Notes under the pieces: model-generated
What the model saw: the letters and a program-made list of their open reading frames with translations, nothing else
What the model was told of the DNA's origin: nothing
Database searches by the model: none
Translations under genes and position numbers: made by a program
Shown: positions 33,056 to 43,797 of the stretch, one piece after another
How the letters are laid out: each line of letters begins with the position of its first letter
Numbering within the stretch: the stretch's first letter is position 1
Origin: Catajapyx aquilonaris
Lineage: Eukaryota
DNA length: 43,797 bases
Direction: 5' to 3'
Assembly (NCBI GenBank): GCA_000934665.2
Contig: KZ538597.1
Coordinates: 62,001-105,797, forward strand

Positions 33056-36000
33056 CGTCACGCCACTTCCGAGTCTCTCTTTCGCACGCACTTTTGCCTG
33101 CTGCTCCAACTCGCGGGCCCAGCTCCCTTCGCACTACACACACATCAAAACACACACATACGCTCAGTACACGCACGAAGGCCAAGTCGGACCAACTGCC
33201 GGAGATTCACCTTGCCCCCATTTGCCCACATGTGATGAGAGGGGACAGGGAGGGATAGGATATAGGAGGGGAGTGGGGGTGGCCAGGATAGGAGCGGCAC
33301 ATGATGAGTTGTGCTTTACATGCGAAATAAGTGTGTGAGAATAAAAGTTGATGAGAAATGTGGAGGGGGGGTGACCTCTAGTGTGATGGAAAAATAGTGA
33401 CGTCATCTGGTCGCACTTCCTGACACAAGGTTGTGACGTCACGAACTACAATGACAATTATTTTCACATGTTACGCACGTTTGATTGACAACAATATTGT
33501 TGCTTTTTTCCATATAAGTATGGCCATATTTTTAAAGGTGCTGCTAAACTGGCTGGAAATTTTCAGCAATTTATGAACGTTAATAGGTGCAAATACTTTT
33601 AAGTGCCATTTAAAAAATATGCATCTCAATAAACCCGACGTCATTCTTGTAATCAAATTTTAAAATGGCATGAAAAGTTCTATACTTTAAAAATATAGAC
33701 TAATATGTACTTCCGAATAGAGTCCGCGCATTTAAAATGTAGCACGTGCCATATATGCCCTTCCACTTCCAGTGAAATTATCAAAAATTTATGTATACTT
33801 TTGCACGTGCATAAATCGATGCGTTTGTGTATTTTCCTCAAATACTCCGCTATTCATCAGTAATGCAGATATTGAGCACCCGAAATTCGCGCGTGAAATT
33901 CCCACGGCCTACTGGGGAGGAAATTAAGTCATCGAACAGCGCCAAAATATTTCGCGATTTTTTTTTTCAAAGCGACGAAAAATTGGCAGCCTTGCAAAGT
34001 TACCTCCACACACAAAAAAAATGTCTCCGCCCGTTCGCACACACACAAAAAAAAACCATTTTCATTGTGCGCCCCCCCGTAAAAACAAAAATGGTGTAGG
34101 TTTTCGCTAATTAACCTCAAGTGAGTTCCGGTGCGCGTCTTCCGGTTTCGCCAAAGCTTCCGCCTTCCCATAATGCAACTCGACCTTGACTCGGAACAAA
34201 CAAAAAAAATAACCCTGTGTGCATCCACGCACATGTTGAATCACAGTTAGCCAAAATTTTCGCTAACATTGCCCAATGTTACATACTGTATTATGAAGTT
34301 GGAAAATATGCAAATTACAAAAGCTGGCTTGTTTTTAATTGGTTAATTTGTTGTCCTCGGGGGGTGTTATCTTGGGTTCCAATGTACCGTGCACCTATCT
34401 CTAGAGTTGCAGTTAAGACTCGCCTTGAACTTATCACTGCACTTATCAGACAATGTATAACAAACTGCAACCAATTCATAAGCTTGGCACTGTTCCGGAT
34501 TCATATTTTCATTATTTATATATGTATAGTTCAAAAGCCGACTCACCCTTCGCCCCCCATGTCATCTAATGTCACCAAACTGCAACCAATACTGTCACTT
34601 ATTCAGAGTGGCGTCATATCTCGCGCATTCCAGGAGTACCAACACAAATCATTCAATTGTTGCATTCTGGGTGCCATCGATTGTTGTTAACAGATATTAG
34701 TGATCAGGCCAACAGAATGATGTAGACAGTAAAGAAAACGTGACGTTTCCTGTCAGACACTGGACAAAAAAAAATTATTCCAGGGTTTTCCAGTTATTTG
34801 CACACCGCTTCCTGCCATATTTTTCTGCAAAACTTGCTAAAAATAGCAACAATGCCAATCTTACCCTACGCTGCGGTTATTAACTCTCGCTTTTCGCTGA
34901 TTTTTTTTTCTGCACAGTTGTTATCGGTGAAGGGGCCCGCAAAAAAATTGTGTAATCTCAAATGCAGATAGCAACTCAGGTGTTGCCAGATTTCAGCATG
35001 AGGCACTTTTTGAAACTTCAATTTTTGTGCAGTGTAATATTAGTTTCGAAGGGGTGTTCGGCTAGCTCTGAGGCAAAGGTTGAACGTTTGGATATTTCGT
35101 CCTCGGCTGGGGCAGAAGTGACCTTCGGCTCCCAGTCCGACCTTGGGACGCCGGCATTTTGTGTTTCGCACATTCACTTCCTCAAGGATTTCTCGTCCAA
35201 TCCGCTCGCGACCTTCCAGGCCTGCAAACCACTCTTCTGCTGCTGCTTTTGCTGACTGCCCCCCACCTACCCGACTTTCAACAACTCTCGGGTTACTTTA
35301 TTGAAACTCACTCGAGCACTATCCAAAACCCACAGAATATTATTCCGAAACAGGAAGACCACAATGGGCCAGACCAATATCAAAACATTTTCTCAACACT
35401 GATCAAATCTAATGGCGTCGCGACTCATATTTCTATCAAAAATTCTCCGAGAATCTAATGAGCAATTATTTTACAAACTATTACAGTTCCATCTTGCAGT
35501 TTTAATTGCAAGAAGGATGCTATTTACGATGCATTTTATCTGTATGAATTAATTTTTCGCCCAATATCCGATTGGTGGGTCTTTAAATTATTTATACAAC
35601 TACTGATATGTGATAACATAATGTAAATGCATGGTTTGAAAATCGGCAATAATATTCCGTATCTGTTGCGTAATGTGCGTGATAAGAGGCCGGTTACCTC
35701 GTGGGATAGAGCAGGATATGGACACTAAAAGTGAAAATCCTTTTGCACATACGAGTCACTACTAATTCGCGTAAGAGAATTAAAAAGAAAAAAAAAGGAT
35801 ACGATAGAAAACATGAATGGCCGAAAAGGTTATCGTTTGTGCACGGAACCCGGAAGGATCTTCCAGGCTACGTACTACGTCCTTTTTAATATATAGTTTT
35901 TTTTTCATTATTATATTATTTTTTTTGAATGAAAAGAAATGGTTAGTCCGAGGCCAATTTTGGACAATGCAAGAGCACATGTTCCAGGAAGAAAAACTTA

Positions 36001-36277
36001 CACGAGGAATACAAAACAAACGGAAAAAAAGGTCAAACCTTAGAGCGGAAAAAAAATTGTGAAAACCTTCCGGAAGACCTTCAATTGTCCACAAAAATTA
36101 AATTAAAAAATCACGGGGTTAACTCGAGTTTAACGAAGCACCACCAAGTGCAAGCCAGCCTTTTCAAGGAATTACGGAAGTGCAAAAAAAAATATTGTTT
36201 ATAATCCTACGTTTAAAATATTTCAACTGCCAACAACAGTCGACATTTTATAATAATTAGTTAACTATTTCATACCA

Positions 36278-36405
36278 CAGGGTGACCCAACAATCTGAAC
36301 ACATAGGTGATTTATTGTATTGTATTGTTGGCTGACAATTGGTACCCTGGCAACCAACAATATGTTATTATTTCACTTATGTGTCCAGACTTTTGGGTCA
36401 CCCTG
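36278..36405. mobile_element. Tc1-like MITE
   Basis: CAGGGTGACCCAACAATCTGAACACATAGGTGA ... TCACTTATGTGTCCAGACTTTTGGGTCACCCTG. Confidence 0.78.
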
Positions 36406-38730
36406 CTGTACAGTAGGTAATTATTTTAAAATGTCGAGAAATAGTCAATTTATACAGGCTACATGCGCATTAAAATCTCAGTACAAATTGTGGATTGTTT
36501 GTGGTTTGCAATTATTGCAGCAACCTTGGTGCTGCTTATAAAGTAAATAATAATCGCAATACCGAAGTGATGCGTGATCAAAAAAACATGTTTATATTTT
36601 TAGAGCCTGTGCTCGCTGAAAATTTCGCGTCATTTGTGAGCCTTGCGAATAACGAGGCGGAAAATTGCGGGGTTGTGATCAGGGCTCAAATTTTTGTGTG
36701 ATGGATATGGTTATTCGCGCAGATAGACCGTCACTGAAAAGCCTTGAGTCTAACAAAAAAAAAAAAAAAATGTTACACACATATCAGGGTGACGTCACTT
36801 CAAAGGTGTGTGGGGAAGGTCACGTGATATTCGCCCCCACACAGGTGTGGAAAGGCTAAATTTATCCCGATCTCTGTGCGCTTATCGCTCGGATTAAAAC
36901 CTCAAGAGTGCACAGTGCAGGTGGGGAGGGTGGGGAGGGTGGGGGAATAACAAACATACACATAACAAAAAAAAAGTGCAAATCTCGAGGTCGACGCGAT
37001 CACGGGCAACAACCCCGGGGATATGGCAACCTTGACGTCAAAATGTGTGTTGCAAACGGCCGTTTTATTTCCATATGGGCGACAGAAAAAAAAAAGTGGG
37101 GAAGGGATTGTTGCATAATTTTTTTTCGGGGGGGTACGTGAGGGGAATTGCCAAAAAAAAAGAGGCATCAGGGACGTGTCCTTAACCCTAGTGACCCATC
37201 ATGGAGAAGCCTGAAAATTCAATTTGCTCAAAACCGACCACACTCAATAGTTCTTAGTCGCCTTCGCATCTCCAACTTATCTAATTACACATAACCACTG
37301 ATATTCTACATGTTGATAAGCACACTGATTCGCAATTTTTCTGCAACCAAAATATTTGTTGCAAAAATGTCCGGACACTCATTTGCAACAGGTGTTTGAG
37401 TTTTTATTGTTCATGGCTAAATATACACCTTGTTATTTTCAAAACGTAAAAGTGTGTCGTATTCGTAATTACGCGATTTTTACGTAATTATAATGCACAA
37501 TATTTTTACCAAATATGTGTCATCCTTACAAACTGATCTGACTGGAATTTGCAAAAATGTTTACCTGGAATTTTCCACTGCTTGCATTTAAGGCCGGTCG
37601 TATATATATACTAACTGCAAGGATTTGTTATAGGCCTTGAGTTTATATTGCGAAAGTTTCACATTTTTATAAGCGATGGAAAACCTGCAATAAACTCCTT
37701 TTTTTAACGACGATGGTACAACTTGTCCCCAACGGTTAACGATGGAATATGTTTAAATCGCTCAGTTGATTAACAAGTACACATCCAAATGCAACTTTTT
37801 AAAAAGAATTTAATTTTTTTTTTTTTGCAATGAATGCGAAAGCAGTGTCTGTAAGTGCAAGTCGAATTTCTACCCGTGACATAAAGGCCGGCGCAGTAAT
37901 CTGATCAGAAACGGTTACGTGTTTCGATCTTGACCTAACCATAGGATGAGGAAGCTGATCCACGAGGAGAGGGTAGGGGGTAGGATAGGGAGGGATAGAG
38001 TGTGTGAGAGGGCGTTGTCCTTAAAGGAGTGAAATCCTGGCGGTTATGTCAAGATTGGGTAGTTCTTTGGGAAGGATTAAGACTTCCACTTTCTCCTCCT
38101 TCCTCCTTCATTCCGGTTTATCCCCACCACCACCACGAGACTTATCCTATATACTCGTTTTATTCCCATTGCCCGCAACCCCCACAATTTGAAAATGTAT
38201 GTTTCTAGGAAATCCGATGAATACACACACACACTGGTTGACTCTTACTGGCGGATTTCACTACAAGTATGCGTGCACGTGCTGGCCCAGCCCATACATG
38301 CCACTTCCACAGACAGAGAGACAAATGGTGTTTATTCGCCAGCATAATCCGCCGGCTTATTAAGGTCAGGCTGGTGTAACTGCGATGGAGATTAATATTT
38401 TTGGTTGGAAAAGACTGCTACTGCATTACCACAAATAGGATTATCTCCCATTATTATAAGCCAAGAATGTTTAATTTTCCTGTACGAATTATTCCTTATC
38501 ATCTCGTATTTCTCCGCACAACGCAGTGTTATTTTGCTACACATTATTGTGCTGTATTATATTTAGAGATAATATTTTCATTAGGTATCATGCTAACGAT
38601 TGGTCATAAATGCAATTTTCCTATAGGACCTAGCTAATGTGATGGTAATGATTAATTTTTTGGTCCATAATATTCATTTGGGAACCAATTTAGGCAACCA
38701 TTTGAAGGATCTTACATTAGTTGTATTATA

Positions 38731-38925
38731 CACGGTGTTTCAACTTTTTTGTCCGAATAGTTATCGGAAATATTGCACTAAGCTGCTACTTTGTAAGCAG
38801 TGTATGTCGCAGGGAATATTCCCCATTCCTCCGACAAACCGGTTGCAAGTCAATGCTTACAAAGTAGCAGCTTATAGTGCAATATTTCCGATAACTATTC
38901 GGACAAAAAAAGTTGAAACACCCTG
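38731..38925. mobile_element. Tc1/mariner-like MITE with about 70-bp TIRs and TA TSD
   Basis: TA-CACGGTGTTTCAACTTTTTTGTCCGAATAGTTATCGGAAATATTGCACTA... and a near-perfect reverse complement ending CACCCTG-TA. Confidence 0.9.
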
Positions 38926-39184
38926 TATGAGGCATTGAAATATATTTTACATTGCGCTGATGTCAATTAAAGTCCCGCGACCAGTTCGTATATTACAGAT
39001 AGGGTCTATAATCGGCTCAAATGCCTCCGAAGAAATTAATTAACATATAAATTACATTACAGAGATTCCAGTGTATTTTAGAATTCATTGATGCCAATTA
39101 AAATCCCATGTCCAAGTTCGTATTGCATATAATCGACTCAAATTGCCTCTAAATAAATATAATTAACAGATACATTGCATTATT

Positions 39185-39231
39185 GTCACCTTATTATTTG
39201 TGAGAAAAGCTTTTCTCACAAATGAGGTGAC
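39185..39231. repeat. Palindrome centred on AAGCTT
   Basis: GTCACCT..ATTTGTGAGAAAAGCTTTTCTCACAAAT.AGGTGAC. Confidence 0.8.
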
Positions 39232-42200
39232 CAATCTGCGAGTTAGTATATTCGCTATGAAAAATAACCGTTAAAATTAGTCATTATTCCGCACATCAAA
39301 TGTAAGTTATATACAAAAATAATATATACGAGTACTTACATAGACCATAATATATTTGCCTGATAATAGTTCAAAATGTCAGCGATCAAAGACCAGGTCA
39401 TTTCTATTTTTAGGCTACTTTTTCAGACCAAGTACGTTAGCATTCAACCTTTCGGTAGATTCATCATCTCGTTAGATTTTTCTATAATTATAAAAAAAAA
39501 CCGATCCGAGTTGGCGTGTAAGCCTGAGTTTTCCATTCCAAAGTCAACCACAACAAACAAAACATTGCGCAAGAGCCAGCAATTTTCTCACCCAATTCGG
39601 AGCAAAGGTGAATGCACCCCCCCCCCTTAATCTCCTCCCCCAGAGAGACCTCCCCGGAACTAAGGAGACTTGGAAAAACAAAAACGAGAGTCATAAGAGA
39701 GCACATCATGCAATGGAAATCGAGAGTACTTTTTTTTTCTTCTTCTTTCTTTCCACTATTCAACACACCCTAATAATTACATCAAGACGAACACGTAATA
39801 AAATGCGGAGCGATTTCACTTTTCCGCACACTTCGTTTCACCCCCCCCTTCCAACCCCCCTCTTCTCATATACATACATCAAAAACATGTTATCCCACTC
39901 GAGGAAACTGCACGTGACATAACTGACCTATCACTCGACCGCAATAACAAGTCTCACGAAAAAATACAGCCAAATAACACTTCGCTGAATTTTCATACAC
40001 ATGTGCAGATGTTTTCCATTGACGTTTTGCTAACTAGTGTATCATAGCAGGCACATGAATGCAAATTTAGCGAAACAATGTGTGCAAAATGTTGTATATA
40101 CAGTGGATTCACATGGGGTCGAAATATTCGGATGCAAAGGTACAATATTTGCATCCCCAAAATTATTTTTTCCACTCCAAACTCCAAAGTGAGCCATGGA
40201 GTGCAAAATTTTGCACTCCAGTTAGTCCTGTTTTTTTTTGACACGACTAAACCCAGTAATTAAATATTAAGCACTCGAAGTTTAAGCAATTTGCACTGCA
40301 GATGAAAGTCTGGAACGTGCAAACTTTGCACGTGGACATAAATATATTTTAAGATTCTATACCCCCCTGCAATCAGGCCAATATTACTGCATATTTATTA
40401 TTCGCCAGATATATTGCAAAAATTATATATGCATTCTGTCCTTGTAGAATTTTGCATATTTATTTCTCTCAATGACACGTCAATGCCTAGTACAATCGCA
40501 GTAAATATTCCGAATTGTCTATATTAAGTTCAGCGAATTAATATTGCAGCGGTAATTATTCATAACATTTTCAGAAGTCGTTTCCTCCCCAGCAGTAACC
40601 GATCATTATCAATTATTAATAGAAAGTACGTATGTAGGTAGCGGTAATCCGTGAACTATTACATCCAAAAAGTATTAGCCAGCAGGTCGAACTCAACAAA
40701 ATTTCGCACGCATATTATTTTATAATTGGCCCAAATTTGGCTGGGGGGGGGGGGGATCAAGGAAGCGTTGCCTTTTTGCCTTAAGAGGTTTTTCACCTCC
40801 CGTGCGAGAAAAGACAGCGAAAAAAAAAGGGTACGAGAATCACTTTCCCCTCAATTAATCCCCAAAAATGTTCATTACCGTAAAGACAGTTTTTGCTCAC
40901 CGGAGCAGGTGTACTTTTTGTTGTTGTTGCGCGTGACGTAATTACCCCGCCCAAACTTCCGCTTTTTCTTCCTTCCTTTTTACTTCCTTCCTTCCTTCCG
41001 CATCCGGACGATGAACCTAATTCCCAGCGGCCATTGCGCCCAGCACACGAATAATAACACACAAAAAAAAGAGAGAGAGACACAACCAAAAATCGTGTGA
41101 CGTCACAATTATTTTTTTCGCATTGCCTCCCACTCGATTGTTATCTCACATCCACGGCCACTTAGCTGGCAACAATGCGACTTTGGAGAGCCTTGTTCGT
41201 GGCGGTTTTTTCACTTGCAAATAACACGCTACGCTCTCTCTATCTGTATTATTTTGAGCGGATCTTTTTTTTGCACTTGAGGGTCGTATTCAACGAAATG
41301 TATGAATAAAATAATAGTCTAATGCTATTAAATGTACTGTAGCCGGATACCCGTTCTTCGCACGGGAATAATTATTGAAGAATTAATATGTTTAAAAAAA
41401 TAGCATAAGTTGCTATGGCAAAATAGGGCGGTATAGGTGAAGGGACAGTACAAATTGGACATACCGACAAACTTTGCCTGACCCTGTAGACTGTCGTATA
41501 TCAAAAAATGTACATATGTATATGAACAATATTTATTTTATTTGCCGTATTTATTTAATTACCCCCACGGTGGGGCAGGGCCCTCTTAGGCGTATACACA
41601 ATATAAAATTAATAGCACAATATAATCAAACGCAATATTAATGTCAAACTGGCATTAAAATGTGCAATTCCGATTTTTGTATAGTATTTAATAGACGTAG
41701 TACTTGTGTGGGAATTTCTTTCTTAAAAATAACAACCCCAAAAAAACGAATCTTGTTGGACATATTGCGCATATTAATGGGTAATAAACCGTGCAAATCC
41801 CATTTTTTGACGCATTAAATCGACGTAGAGTACTGGAAGGAATATTCTTTATTATAATAACCAAAACCGAACATGTTGGAAGGGGGCTGAAAACCACTTA
41901 GAAATAATTTAGAGAGTGTACATGTATTATTCAGTAATTCCATTTTTCAAAGATCATGTATGCATTAATTCACGTATATTTGGGCCATTACACTGCAGGA
42001 GTAATAAGGTAGGCTCTTGTTATTATTCAAGGAGTGTTAATACACGCGGAAACTGGGGAAAGTTTATTTGGGAAGGCAAAGTATAGGAGTCTGAGGGAGG
42101 AAAAACCAGTTTAAGGAGCATTTGCATGCAGAGGTTGGACTTAAAAACTTTCATTGCGCGGGTAAACAGAATAAAACCGGATGAAAACGGCTTGTGCTTT

Positions 42201-43797
42201 TTGGAGCTCATTGTCTACCGCGTCTCATAAATTGTCTCCTTAAAAAATTCATGTACACATTGCACAACTTTCACCGTGGTATGGGAGTTATGTAATTTTT
42301 TTTTTCTTCTTCGAGAATATTGTTGTGTGAAAGCTGCGCCTATTTTCTTATCACAAGTGTCATGAGCTTCCAGAGTAATAATGCATAATCCAAGCACGAG
42401 AGAAGAACATGCGTGCAATAATTGCGGCGCTGCAACGAGTACATTTTATATGCTGATGGAGGTTTTATGCTGAGGACATTAACTCCGTTGAATTTTAGGA
42501 AGACTGTTCTATGCTTCTGCATTATTAATTTTCTTCATCGAACCCTTGCACTTCTGGCCAAAACCATGCTTTTATTTATCAATAATTACAACATGGATAA
42601 TACATTACTGGATCACTTGTATTGGCATAATACATCTGGCATATTAAGTTATGTAAGTAACAGTCCTTTGCTGCATGACTAACATTTTCTGCTGTGCAAT
42701 CCCTTTGATATTGATGTACGATATTGACATTGCTAACAAAAAAAGCACGCTTTTTAACGCTCGAGGTTAATAACACTTTAGTTCACGACACTATAACTGT
42801 AGAGCAATTAATCACTAATTAGAAAGCTCGTAATAGTGACAGAATTTTTTAAAGGCATCGCAGATGTATACATTCCCTCGTCATGATCGTTGTTTCTCTT
42901 TAAAATTGATTACTGGGCTGTACAATCAAATATTTTCCCCCATTCCATTGTAGGACTCTGGACTACATAATACTCGTGCATAATCAAATATTTTCTCTTA
43001 ATACATGCTCTTACAATTGAGTCTAAATGTATTATTATTATTATTGTTGTTGTTGTTGTTAATGATGATGATGGCTAATGTACGAAAATTTTATGCAGCA
43101 CACATTCCTGTAATTGCATCTTTTACTGACTGTATGTGCCATTTTCATTATGTGATTACCTTCGTTGCATAACAGCTACCTTCGATTTTCCTTCGCAAAG
43201 TACAGGATATCTAAGAAAATAAGACTGTGCCTGCCTATTGTTCACCTCAGCAACCTCTAAAGTGAAGCAGCAACTGCAACTGAAAGTGGCTCTTTTCATT
43301 TATATAAACCGATTGCTGTGGGACGATGAATTTATATAACTTCTTCCCATCACCCTGATACCCGTAATAAAAGGCCGTATTATCCGGTGGCACTTCCGGA
43401 TTGACTCCCCCACGACATCCGAAAGTGTTTGGAGGCGCCTTTTTGATCAATATATAGCCGAGGCCTGTCATTTCATCATCATCACCCACCGAGTGACTAT
43501 TTCCAGACTGAACGTTTGATCCCCGATCCCAACCTCTGTGACCGCGTTTTGCCCATTTTTTCGCCAATTGTGCGTCAACCTCCCCCCCAAAAAAACCCTC
43601 TGGTTTTCCTCTCTCATCAGCAAACAATATATCCCAATGCCATGAAAAAAAACTGATATATAATAATAATGAGTCCATATTATTAGCCTATTGATTACAA
43701 TGCAACGTTTTTTTTGTTGTTTTTTTTGAAAATTCCCGCCGGTCGTCGCCTCGCGGTTTTGGTTGCTGGGGGTGGTTGCTGGGGTGAGGAAGGTGGG

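Noticed and set aside
43247..43678. 143-aa minus-strand ORF
   Set aside because: No recognisable domain or convincing splice structure; cannot be fully excluded without a search.

Overview
Eukaryotic, most likely arthropod, genomic DNA with one assembly gap (31734-31900). Two spliced genes can be reconstructed by hand. (1) On the minus strand lies the 5' half of the ecdysone early gene E74 (Eip74EF), isoform A. It has four coding exons (22110-21778, 21714-21508, 20934-20847, 16822-16709; about 247 aa) with the hallmarks MPFIDDDLLWCPD and AAANPLLAEKL. The ETS domain is not seen and presumably lies beyond position 1. (2) On the plus strand lies a complete five-exon LSM11 (U7 snRNP Sm-like protein; 23613-28064, 259 aa). 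A 68-nt minus-strand exon at 23386-23319 has both a strong acceptor and a perfect donor. This implies the E74A transcript starts further upstream (candidate first exon about 33055-32891), so LSM11 appears nested antisense inside an E74A leader intron. The E74A leader carries a junction-spanning uORF and a G-quadruplex-like tract. The non-coding DNA is rich in TGACGTCA, ETS and nuclear-receptor motifs. It also holds many MITEs/foldbacks, a SINE-like insertion with a 14-bp TSD and a 4-unit tandem array of hairpins. Most listed ORFs are spurious. All calls come from reading the sequence and recalling known proteins; no searches were run.
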